Below, piece after piece: positions 8,367 to 17,700 of a stretch of DNA of 31,950 nucleotides (positions within the stretch are counted from its first letter, which is position 1; each line of letters starts with the position of its first letter). The notes beneath the pieces were generated by a model. The model was not told where the DNA came from, ran no database searches, and saw only the letters and a list, made by a program, of their open reading frames with translations. Source of the stretch: a virus (Duplodnaviria > Caudoviricetes); IMG/VR virus record IMGVR_UViG_3300012232_000037, positions 1 to 31,950 of that record; one strand, written 5' to 3'. Position numbers and translations under genes: made by a program.

Positions 8367-8582
8367 ATGGCGAAGAAGAAGGCCGACCTCGCAACGCTCG
8401 AGGTCGAGCTGCGTGATTCGTTCCAGAAGTACCGCCGTCGCATCGACATGCTCGTGAGGTTCCGCGCCTTGGGCAAGGTGTCGGAAGAGCAGGTCGAGGA
8501 GTTCATCAAGGCAATGAACGATGACGACGAGCTGGCGGCCCGCAAGGTCATGAAGATCATCGAGGTGCAGCGTGGCAAGTAG
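8367..8582 (+). CDS. Hypothetical protein (71 aa)
   Basis: GGAGG RBS upstream of ATG 8367. Charged, helical sequence. Confidence 0.7.
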   Translation: MAKKKADLATLEVELRDSFQKYRRRIDMLVRFRALGKVSEEQVEEFIKAMNDDDELAARKVMKIIEVQRGK

Positions 8583-8745
8583 CGACCTGTTGAAGACCAA
8601 CGCCAAGCTGGCGTACCGGTTCTTCGACCTCCCCAAGGAGGTTCGTCAGGGCAAGTACATGGAGTTCTGCAGGCTGTGGGACTCCGGCCGCTACCACGAG
8701 GCCGAGCTCATGCTCGAGAAGCTCGAGAAGGCGGCAGGCAAATGA
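8572..8745 (+). CDS. Hypothetical protein (57 aa, absent from the ORF track)
   Basis: GAGGT upstream of GTG 8572. Translates MASSDLLKTNAKLAYRFFDLPKEVRQGKYMEFCRLWDSGRYHEAELMLEKLEKAAGK. Its TGA overlaps the next ATG and it fills the gap exactly. Confidence 0.7.
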   Translation: MASSDLLKTNAKLAYRFFDLPKEVRQGKYMEFCRLWDSGRYHEAELMLEKLEKAAGK

Positions 8746-9044
8746 ACCGCAAGAAGCTGCTCGAGCGGTTCGAGGGATGCATCCCGATCCTCGAGCGTAG
8801 CGGCGTGAAGATCGAGAAGATCGGTCTCATGAAGGACACGATCGAGAAGCTCGATGGTCCCGGCATCTCGAAGCGGGTGAAGTGGTTGCACCGCGTCGAG
8901 GTCGCCTGCAAGTACGAGACGGAGCACTACGGCGACATGTCGCCCACGGCCTGGCTCAACATCGCGATGCTGTCCCCCGGCTCGCAGGACTTGAAGAAGC
9001 TCAAGTCCTATCGAGCCGAGGTCAAGAAGGCGTTCAAGTCGTAG
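8742..9044 (+). CDS. Hypothetical protein, last gene of the + arm
   Basis: ATGA-coupled start MNRKKLLERF, Lys-rich, ends at TAG 9042-9044. Confidence 0.7.
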   Translation: MNRKKLLERFEGCIPILERSGVKIEKIGLMKDTIEKLDGPGISKRVKWLHRVEVACKYETEHYGDMSPTAWLNIAMLSPGSQDLKKLKSYRAEVKKAFKS

Positions 9045-9065
9045 CTGCAGTTCTCAAGTCGTAGC
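9034..9065. repeat. 12-bp direct repeat TCAAGTCGTAGC at the junction of the convergent arms
   Basis: Exact copies at 9034-9045 and 9054-9065. Confidence 0.75.
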
Positions 9066-9836
9066 AGTTGTCCCGGTGGCCCGGGGTTTGGCGAGCCGAG
9101 TGCGACCCTCCAAGTTGCCAGCGCTCCCGCCCCGGTGCCACCACACGAGGTTCAGGTTGTGGATCAACGCTGCGCGGTCGATGTTCTTGTTGACCGTGGC
9201 GTAGTTCCCCTCGGAGTTGGGACGCGGAGGTATGGCCAGACTCTTCGCGTAGTCGTCCTTGCCCGAGTCGTAACCGTCGAACCCGACCATGACGAACGTC
9301 TTGATGCCGAAGACGCCGGCCGCGATCTCAAGCGCCACCGGTGCGGTCTCGTACCCCGGTGAAGCGTGGATACCCCACTCCCAGATCGCCAGATTGGCGA
9401 ACGGCTGGTGAGACTGCTTCGGCTCCACGCAGGCGATCGCCTTCGTCCCACTCTTCGCGAGCGAGAGCAGCGGACCCTCGTCCAGCGCGAAGACGTACTT
9501 GCAGGGGTACATCAGCCCCGCCTCGTTGATCCCGATCGGGACGACGTGCCAGCGGTGACGCTTCTGCTCGACGAGGAAGTTGTCGAGGCTCGGTCCCTTC
9601 CCGAGCATCAGACCGATCATCCCGTCGTGGGCGTTCTTGTACTGCTCGATCGCGAGGCTCATGCGTTCTCCCGGCTCGATCTGCCGCCAGCGTCGGGTCC
9701 CAGGCCGAAGCCTGATCATCGAACGATCGAGGTAGGCTTCCACCTGCTTGTTGGCTTTCGTCAGCCAGATCGTCCCGTCCTCGTCTCGACGAAGACCGTC
9801 GCAGTTGCTGCAACCCGGGAGGTTCACCCTGCTCAT
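9054..9836 (-). CDS. Maf_flag10/MptE-like (DUF115-type) putative sugar transferase
   Basis: YKNAHDG-MIGLMLGKGPSL, IGINEA, YVFALD, ETAPVALEIA, GIKTFVMVGFD follow the family motif order (GxGPSL, N, D, TA..A, GxD). N-terminal CSNC extension. Confidence 0.7.
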   Translation of the reverse strand: MSRVNLPGCSNCDGLRRDEDGTIWLTKANKQVEAYLDRSMIRLRPGTRRWRQIEPGERMSLAIEQYKNAHDGMIGLMLGKGPSLDNFLVEQKRHRWHVVPIGINEAGLMYPCKYVFALDEGPLLSLAKSGTKAIACVEPKQSHQPFANLAIWEWGIHASPGYETAPVALEIAAGVFGIKTFVMVGFDGYDSGKDDYAKSLAIPPRPNSEGNYATVNKNIDRAALIHNLNLVWWHRGGSAGNLEGRTRLAKPRATGTTATT

Positions 9837-10033
9837 ATCGTAGCCGCCTTCCATTTGGCTAGGACCGCGTCGTAGGTCTCGTTCGTGTCGTACCGCTTCT
9901 CCGGCCTCGTCTTGATCACCACGATCGCCGCACCGTTCTTGTTCTTCGCGATCGCGAGGATCTCTCGAGCGTCGACGCTCAACACCCCGAACTCAGTGGT
10001 GTCGACAGTGATGATGTGACTGGGAGCCGGCAT
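9833..10033 (-). CDS. Small hypothetical protein, FlbD/SwrD-like pattern
   Basis: 66 aa, coupled at both ends. Beta-rich pattern ending in ETYDAVLAKW, reminiscent of FlbD-family proteins. The family call is weak. Confidence 0.55.
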   Translation of the reverse strand: MPAPSHIITVDTTEFGVLSVDAREILAIAKNKNGAAIVVIKTRPEKRYDTNETYDAVLAKWKAATI

Positions 10034-10555
10034 CTAAGCCTCCGCGTAATGCTTCTTGTCGAGGTTCTCCGGTTGCGGTGGCGCGATCTGCCCAACCAAG
10101 GGCAACGGCTCCTCCAAGTTATCGTTGCGAAGACCGTGTCTGATGAGGAACTGCTTCACCATCCCGGGTGTGCTCAGCGACGAGTAGGGGATCAGCTCGA
10201 CCCGCATTCCCATGATGAGAGCCAGCGAGAGGTTCGCGGCCACCACGGTGTTGATGTGCTTGAGCGCCGACTCGTAGCTCGACGCATGCCCGGTCTTCAC
10301 CATCGACGACGCGCAGGCGTGGGCTTCCCTGATGGGGATCAGCATCGTTACCTGATGACCATTGGCGTTGAAGTACGCGATCCACTCGCGGATCCGGTTC
10401 CAGTGGTTGATGATCACCCACTCCTTCGAGTAGTTGATGTTGTAGTCCGTTGGTTGGTCCGTGCTCCCCGAACCACTGAGTCCGGCGCGGGTTAGGATCG
10501 CCGCTACGAGTCTGTTGCCACTGCTCTGGGGACCGCAGACGATGAAAGATCTCAT
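10034..10555 (-). CDS. PAPS-dependent sulfotransferase-like protein
   Basis: FIVCGPQSSGNRLVAAIL (5'-PSB-like loop), LIPIREAHACASS (3'-PB-like R...S), LIPYSSLSTP...FL...GL (YEDL-like). Start ATG 10555 overlaps the upstream stop. Confidence 0.7.
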   Translation of the reverse strand: MRSFIVCGPQSSGNRLVAAILTRAGLSGSGSTDQPTDYNINYSKEWVIINHWNRIREWIAYFNANGHQVTMLIPIREAHACASSMVKTGHASSYESALKHINTVVAANLSLALIMGMRVELIPYSSLSTPGMVKQFLIRHGLRNDNLEEPLPLVGQIAPPQPENLDKKHYAEA

Positions 10556-11328
10556 AGGTCGGGCGGCGGATCCGGTGGGACGTATCCGCCTTGTCCTGTA
10601 AATGGGCAACCACCCTGAGCGATCACGTTCGGGGCGTTTGCCAGTCCATTGAAGCACGCGTAGTTCGGGTTCCAAGCCCTATAGCCCAACAGGTCTGTTC
10701 CTAGTCCGGACGTATACGCAGGCCAGTTCAAGGTTGCAGCAGGGTTCGACATACCATCGAAAGGGTTGCCGTATCCGAGCTCGATCTGAAAGTTGATGGG
10801 GAAGTAGATGTCCTGATTACCACCGGTCCAGAAGTACTGGTTCCCGACCTTGACGATCAGGTTGGTGGAGTTCAGTCCCAGTGCGAAGCCGTTACCTACC
10901 GGCGTGAAGTTCTGTGCACCGTGCCCAATCGTGCTGATGCTGGGTGTGAACCCCACATTGGGGTTAGTCCCGTAGTACGCGATCATGTACCCCGAACGCC
11001 ACATCCCTCGGATGCGCCATGCGTTGTACACGACCTCCGAACCGATGATCTGCGCCTGCGTGAAGAACGGGGTGAGGTCGATCGTGGCGATGTTATCGAC
11101 CCAGAGGTTCGACCACGTGAACCCACCAATGACCGCAGGTCCGGGACCGCTGAACAGATTGAACGGCGTGTTCTCGAAGTACTGGTAGAAGTCCTCAGCG
11201 ATCAGTCGCCTACCAGTCGCCTGATAGAACGAGAGCTCGTCAGGGATGTGGAGCGGCTCGTCTTCCCGCATCCCGAGCAGATGCCCGGGTTCGTCGACGT
11301 ACCTCTCCTTGGTCACATGAACCGTCAT
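10552..11328 (-). CDS. Hypothetical protein, probable minor tail or tail-tip component
   Basis: 258 aa, Gly/Asn/aromatic-rich and beta-type, coupled within the tail operon. Confidence 0.6.
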   Translation of the reverse strand: MTVHVTKERYVDEPGHLLGMREDEPLHIPDELSFYQATGRRLIAEDFYQYFENTPFNLFSGPGPAVIGGFTWSNLWVDNIATIDLTPFFTQAQIIGSEVVYNAWRIRGMWRSGYMIAYYGTNPNVGFTPSISTIGHGAQNFTPVGNGFALGLNSTNLIVKVGNQYFWTGGNQDIYFPINFQIELGYGNPFDGMSNPAATLNWPAYTSGLGTDLLGYRAWNPNYACFNGLANAPNVIAQGGCPFTGQGGYVPPDPPPDL

Positions 11329-11540
11329 GGTTGTACGTTGACCTCACCGTTCGTCACAGTGAAGTGACACCCGTGGTTCGGTCGGAGATCGACCGACGGG
11401 CGAATGGTGACGTTGTCTCCCGGCCAATTCTCAACGATCCACCTGTCCGTAGGCAACCGGACCCTCGACCCGTTCTTACACGGGCAGTCGAAGACCAGAA
11501 CGCCAGTTCCGGTATACGGGTCGAGCTCGAGAAACCTCAT
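11325..11540 (-). CDS. DUF6527-like small Cys/His protein
   Basis: MRFLELDP...VFDCPC...W...VTIRPSV...GCHFTVTNGEV. ATGA-coupled at both ends. Confidence 0.6.
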   Translation of the reverse strand: MRFLELDPYTGTGVLVFDCPCKNGSRVRLPTDRWIVENWPGDNVTIRPSVDLRPNHGCHFTVTNGEVNVQP

Positions 11541-14500
11541 GCCGGGACTCGCGGACGGATGAGCGGCAGGTAGCCGCACCACGAGTCCGCAACTCGCATG
11601 ACGACCAGGATCGTCCCGGCCGAGATCTTGGCGGTGGATTGCAGACGCGGCGTCTTGACGGTGATCACCTCTGCGAGGCTCTCCGTGAAGGCCGAGTCCT
11701 TGTACAGCTTGGCAGGGATGTTGTCCTTGTCCGCGGAGTCTTGAGTCACGATCGCGAGCCCGTACGGGTTGTCGATCGGGAGCACCCACGCGGTACCGTC
11801 ATTGGCGAGGTAGACCGGGAGAACCTGACCGGCAAAGACCTTTGAAGATCCGATCTTCCGACCAATCCGGTTTCCAGTCGACGAGCTAAAGGCTGATCCG
11901 ACTTGGAACAGCTCCATGCTCACGTAGTGGTCCTTGTTCTGGTCAGGAGATACGTAGACGTCGTGGTTCGTCCCGGTCCAGTATCCCGCGTAGTGAGGCA
12001 TGAGGTAGGCGTACTTGGACTCATTAGAGAAGGTCGGGTGGTTAGGCTTCTTGAAGGTGTCGGGCCAGTGACCGGTGTTGGGATCTGCGAGGATCCCAGC
12101 GAGGAACGCGCCACGGTAGTCGTAGTCGATGCCCGAGTCCGACGGTGCGTTCTCGCTTTTCCAGGTGACGTACTTGCTCTCCTGATCCACGGTCAAGGCG
12201 GTATTCCACCGGACATCGTTCGGATCGATGGCGTCATCGAAGCCGGTCGGATCACCGTCCTCGTCCACCGCCATCACACCGAACTGCGTCCCACCTCGAG
12301 CGGTGGTGGTTCCGCTTCCCGAACCCTTGGTCGCGTAGAACGTCCCGTCCTCCGCGCGGTGGATGATGACCTGATCGCCCTCGACGATCGGCGTGCCTGA
12401 GATGTTCTGGACCCTCACGTCGTCGAGATAGACCTCGCCATCGACGTTGTTGCTCCGGTAGAGCTTGGCGTTGAAGACGCCACCGATCGAACCAGCCGGC
12501 GTCTCGGAGGTGACCGCTACACCGAGGTGCGTCTCCTTCTCCGAGAGACCGAGGTCGAGTGCCGAGACCTCGATGATCTCAGCGACGTAGTAGTCGTCAG
12601 TGATGATGATATCGGCTGGAGCCTCATCGTCATCGTCTTCGAGGTAGGCGAGGTTGGAAGGGGTGCTGTTTCCCACAACGACCGGGGTCCACAGAAGCGC
12701 GGTGATCTGATTCTCTTCCGTGTCGTGCTCGAGCTGCTCGATCATCGCGTCCGTAACGAGTTCCGACAGCGTCGACTTCACATCGTCGTACACCGTCATC
12801 GCGATCGCATCGGTGTCACCGATGACACGCAGCTTCCGCCACGCGTTCGACCAGCGGTTGAACCAGAACTGCGCGGTCTTCTGAACGAGCCTCCGGTGGC
12901 GGTAGACCCAGATCTCGAGGTCCTTCTTCTTCCGCCCGTACGCGAGGATCGACACGACGCTCTTGTAGTGCAACCGTTCCGGGTGCTGCTGGCTACCACG
13001 CCGATGCCACGTTACCCAGAGATCGTTGGAGATGTTAGTGGTCTCGGTGGAGGTGACCTGGACCGTTCCTTCGAGGGTGGTGTCCTCGTTGTAGGTGAAG
13101 TCCACCGAGGTGGGAGCGAGCGAGAGGTACTTCAGGTACGCGGTGGCTCCCAGTACGGACAGCGCGCAGCGACCCTGGAACGCGATCTCCGCGGCCACCG
13201 CAAGCGCGTCACGCTGCTGGGTGAACGAGAAGTTCATCGGGTACTTCTCACACTCGGTGGCTACGTTGTCAAACGAGGTGGCGTCAACCGCGATGCCGGC
13301 TTCGGTCATCAGGTCTTCGATGATGTCGGCGACGTTCGACCCTACCGTCGTCACGAGGGTGACGTACAGATCGTCCTGCCATCCCGTTCCCCGGGCAGAC
13401 AGCGGCTTCTCGAGCGTGATCGTCGTACACGACCTACCGGCCACCGTGTCGTTCAGGTTGACGGTGTACCACGAGCTGGGGACGACTACCAGCTCCCGCG
13501 TCCTCCCTCCACGAGCATCCAGCTGAACCTCGCGCCAGGCCCGAACGCGTAGCACAGACTGGCTCGGAACGTCGTTGGCGACGTAGACCACGTCGGTGAC
13601 CAGGCGAATCTGAGTCCCAGCTGGCCAGAGGGTCTCGTTGACATCGTGCACGCCACGGATATCTGCAATGGCCCCACTGGTGACGTAATACAGTCCAGAG
13701 GGAACGATCCAAGGGAACTGGCCACGGGTAGCATCACCCTTCTGGTACAGGATGTAGTTCTTGTTGCCCACGAAGCTGGGGACCGTGAACGACCCGTAGA
13801 TTGTACCGGATCCAGGGATGTTGATGCCCGAGAGGATACCACCCTCTGAGGCAGAGTCGAAGTTGAGGAGGTAGAGCCAGTTGCCCGCAAGGATCTTGCC
13901 CTGCGTATCCCATGCCGCGTAGCGCGGATCAGACTCCCACGAGTTGTAGTTGTTGGGGTCCTGCTCGATGGTGGTCAGCTCGCTTCGGAGCTTGGAGTGA
14001 ACCTGACCCTTGCTCTCGTTGCGGGTGCGGATGTGGAAGCGAAGGACCACGGTGGGGTCGAGCGACAGGACGGTGAACGTCCCGGTGATGTACTCGTTCC
14101 CGATCTCGACGAGCACCTCTTCGTTCAGAGGGAACTCCACGTCGTCCGCAACCTCGATGTCGACGTGATCGTAGGTGGGCTGGAGCTCGTAGATCAGCGT
14201 GCCTTTCGGGGCATCCACCACGAGGACCGCTGGCGCATCGACCGGCGTACCGTAGCACCGAGGCCACGGCTTGTTCCACGCGAACTCCTGTAGACCCGAG
14301 TCCTCGTCAGGAGCGAACGGGACCTCGGTGTCCGAGTTCGATTCGTAAAACGCCACGATGTCGAACTCGAACGTCCGGTCCTCTTCGTTCCAGACCAGTG
14401 GGCTTCCTACCCGCCCGACCATCAGCTCGATGGGGTCTTCGACGACTCCGTCAAAGATCTGCAGCACCCTCGCCGTCCGACCTTCGAGCCGCGTAGTTCC

Positions 14501-14749
14501 GATCAGGTCAAGCAGGTACTTGTCCTCGTCGCTGAGCTTCACGGAGATGGAACCCGCCGTTGCCGGCGAATTCTCCGCGATCTGCATGCTGACGTTCGCC
14601 AGCTCCATGATGCGGCCGTCGCAACCATCGAGGTCGCGATCCGAGAAGGTCAGCAGGCCGGAGCCGGTATCGATCTCAACCAGGATTTGAGACTCGTGCC
14701 CGTCGTCAGCCATCGCCTTGGCGAGGTTGGCTGCAGATACGGTTCTCAC
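11537..14749 (-). CDS. Tail tip / baseplate hub (Tal-like) protein, 1070 aa
   Basis: Position after the tape measure and Dit-like genes. N-terminal hub-like region (VEID...FSDR...SVKLSD...G.V), WPRCYG, NVADIIEDL, SILAYGRKK, then acidic C-terminal domains. Confidence 0.7.
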   Translation of the reverse strand: MRTVSAANLAKAMADDGHESQILVEIDTGSGLLTFSDRDLDGCDGRIMELANVSMQIAENSPATAGSISVKLSDEDKYLLDLIGTTRLEGRTARVLQIFDGVVEDPIELMVGRVGSPLVWNEEDRTFEFDIVAFYESNSDTEVPFAPDEDSGLQEFAWNKPWPRCYGTPVDAPAVLVVDAPKGTLIYELQPTYDHVDIEVADDVEFPLNEEVLVEIGNEYITGTFTVLSLDPTVVLRFHIRTRNESKGQVHSKLRSELTTIEQDPNNYNSWESDPRYAAWDTQGKILAGNWLYLLNFDSASEGGILSGINIPGSGTIYGSFTVPSFVGNKNYILYQKGDATRGQFPWIVPSGLYYVTSGAIADIRGVHDVNETLWPAGTQIRLVTDVVYVANDVPSQSVLRVRAWREVQLDARGGRTRELVVVPSSWYTVNLNDTVAGRSCTTITLEKPLSARGTGWQDDLYVTLVTTVGSNVADIIEDLMTEAGIAVDATSFDNVATECEKYPMNFSFTQQRDALAVAAEIAFQGRCALSVLGATAYLKYLSLAPTSVDFTYNEDTTLEGTVQVTSTETTNISNDLWVTWHRRGSQQHPERLHYKSVVSILAYGRKKKDLEIWVYRHRRLVQKTAQFWFNRWSNAWRKLRVIGDTDAIAMTVYDDVKSTLSELVTDAMIEQLEHDTEENQITALLWTPVVVGNSTPSNLAYLEDDDDEAPADIIITDDYYVAEIIEVSALDLGLSEKETHLGVAVTSETPAGSIGGVFNAKLYRSNNVDGEVYLDDVRVQNISGTPIVEGDQVIIHRAEDGTFYATKGSGSGTTTARGGTQFGVMAVDEDGDPTGFDDAIDPNDVRWNTALTVDQESKYVTWKSENAPSDSGIDYDYRGAFLAGILADPNTGHWPDTFKKPNHPTFSNESKYAYLMPHYAGYWTGTNHDVYVSPDQNKDHYVSMELFQVGSAFSSSTGNRIGRKIGSSKVFAGQVLPVYLANDGTAWVLPIDNPYGLAIVTQDSADKDNIPAKLYKDSAFTESLAEVITVKTPRLQSTAKISAGTILVVMRVADSWCGYLPLIRPRVPA

Positions 14750-14762
14750 ACCGTCACCCTAG

Positions 14763-17700
14763 TCATACTGTGAGTACCCCTTCGAAGTCCATCTGGAACG
14801 TTCCGCCCTTCTCAAACGCCTCGTCCGCCAAGTCGATGTCGGAGCTGGTCGAGTAACCGACCCACTTGCGACCTCGCTCGTCGATGTAGTAGATCTTCTT
14901 GCCCTTGCATACCCTGAGGAAGTTACGGACCTCCTCGAGCTTGAGGTACGAGAGTTCGTTCCACGTCAACGGCTGCGGTTCGTAGGTCGGGGTACGCGCG
15001 TGCGGGCGAAGCTTACCTCCACGGGTTCGGTTGACCTTGACCTGCAGGGACTGCCTTCTAGCGTTCCCGTACTCCGGCTTCTTGAGCTGGACCGTGAGCT
15101 GCAGATCGGGGAGAGGACCGATCAGGTAGACGAAGTCGAGATCGTTGGGGTCCGCGATCGGTCGCTCAGGGGTGAAGGCCGGTTCGCAGCCCTCGTCGGC
15201 CTTCATCGCCACGAGACCGACGATGAAGTTGATGATGCCGGTCAACGGCTTCCGCAGGGTGAAGTTCAGCCCGAGCACCGACCCGAAGTTGATGGTCTGA
15301 GTGATGGTCAGGTTCTTGACGACGCTCGTGGACAGGACGCCGGAGAACGTGATGGTGTTCTCCATGTCTGCTTCCAGCACCCTGTTCAACGACGAGGTGA
15401 AGTGGATCGTGTGAGACAGAGCCTTGACCGGATCCTTGTTGCCCTGCAGCTCGTGGGTGAAGTGGATCGTCTGGGTGATAGGGGTGTGGATCGTTCCTTC
15501 CAAGTGTTGCGTGAAGTGGATCACCCCAGGCGTGAGGACCTTTGTCCTCGCGAAGTTGAGCTGCTGAGTGAAGTGGATCGTCGACCGGAGACCGATGCCA
15601 CGGATCGCAGAGAGCAAGCTGGTGAACGTGATCCCGTTCGACATGACGCGCTGCTGCGTCGACAGGATCGAGGTGAAGTTGATCGTGTTCTCCATCGCGG
15701 CTGCGTTGCCCGAGATGATGTCCGTGGAGTAGAAGTACTCCTCCGAACCACGCATCGAACCGACCACACCGCGGGTGTAGTTCAGCGAAGATCCATACCC
15801 CGGACCGTGGACGGTCTGGATGTTGTCCCGCGTATTGGAGGTGATCGTCGTCTTCGCCCAGGTCCCGTCTGAACCACGGCGAGCGTGGACTACGCCGAGT
15901 CCCAGCCCGGAGGACGCGAAGCAAATGATCGCGGTCCTGAGGTTCAGCGACAGCGACGGGTAACCCTGGTCCGCATCTACATCGTCGTGGACGTACTCAA
16001 CCGCCGCCCAGACGGTCGTCCGCTTGAAGTACGCCAGCCTCACCCGACCGGTGTAGATCGTTCCACGGACGCGGCAGGCGACATGCACCTGACCGAGATC
16101 GTCGATCGCGATCGAGAGGCCAGTGTGGAAGTCCGTGATGTTGTTGCCGCTCGAGGCGGTGTGGATCAGCTCCTCGGTTCCCCACGAACCGGTGTACTTC
16201 CGGTAGTAGAGCTTGTGCGTTCCACCGGAGCGGATGCTGTAGACCGCGTGCACGTAGCCGTTGGTGTCCGTGCAGGCCGCAACGCGGCGATACCTCTGAG
16301 GACCGGTACCCGCCGTGTCACCGTCCTTGATCAGGAGCGAGGTCCACGTGGTCAAGTTGGAGGAGGTCCATGAGAAGACGCGCCGGTCACTGGAGGTGTT
16401 GATGAAGCCTGACACGAGCATGTAGATCGAGCCCGTGTAGACGATCTGCATCGACTCGGACTCGGCCAGCGGAGAGTTCAGCTGCTTCTTCAGGACCCAC
16501 GTGCTACCGTTCCACTGGTAGATGTAGAAGTCGTCGTTCGAGGCTCGGGTGAGCACGAGGACCGGGGCATCACCTGCGCCGATCGCCATGCACGCCCCGA
16601 AGGGAACCCACGTGGGTCCGACAGCCACCACCGTCCAAGTGGTTCCGTTGTCCGAGGAGTACGAGGTCTTGATCGAACCGCCGCTGTAGTACACGTGCCA
16701 GATCACACCAGCGGCCGTCTTCACGATCTGACGTCCACCACCAGGGATGAAGTTCACCGCAGCCGAGGTGACCTCACGGATGACGAAGCCCTGGGTCGAG
16801 AGCTGCTGGTTGAACCGGATCGTCTGGGAGATCGTCTGGTTGTAGATCGCCGTGCCTTCGTCCCAGTCGATGTCAGTCGCGATGCGGAACAGGAGGTTCG
16901 CCGTGTTGGTCGACTTGGTCGCGATGTACGCGAAACCGGTATCGTACTGAGTGCACTTGAACGCGGCGTGATACAGACCACCACCACCTGCGTTGTCATC
17001 GTAGGTGTTCTGGTTTGTCCAAGCCGTCCGCGCAGCTCCCGTGACCGTCCCGTGCTCGTGGTTGAACTTCGTGTTGCCGTCACGGCGAGGTGAGATGTAG
17101 TGGATGTACGGAACGCCACCGACGACGTTTGCTTCGATGCAGTAGTCACCGTCAGCGGTCGTATCACTCTCAGGGATCCGACCTGCGGTTGACCAGGAAC
17201 CCGAGGACTTGTTGATTCCCCACGCCTGATTGATCGCGGAGCCGCTACCGGCGCGCCAGGTCCAGTAGATGTATGGAGCACCGCTCGAGTTCAGGACGAT
17301 GCTCACACCGATCATCGCGTAGGCGTCGGTGGTTCCCGCGCTGACGTACGCTTCCTCGACGCTGTACGACGGGGAGCCAGAGGGCGTGCTGATCTTCCCG
17401 TAGAACATCGTGTAGACCGAGCTACCGCTGTTCCTACCGCCAGCGGCAGCGAAGTGGATGTCACCAGCCGCGTCAATGATCGGGTTGACTCGGCGTGTCG
17501 CGTAGCACGCGAACTGGCCGCCACCATTGGAGTAGTTGCTCAACGCAAACGGGCTGCCGGTGATCGCCGTACCTACCCACGGACTTCCAGGTACGTACCT
17601 GGTTACCGCGATGCGGTTGGTTCCCGAGTTACCACCGCCAGAGCTCGCCGGCTGGATCAGGAAGAAAACGTCCGTCAGAGGCGAGCCGAGCATGTAGAAG

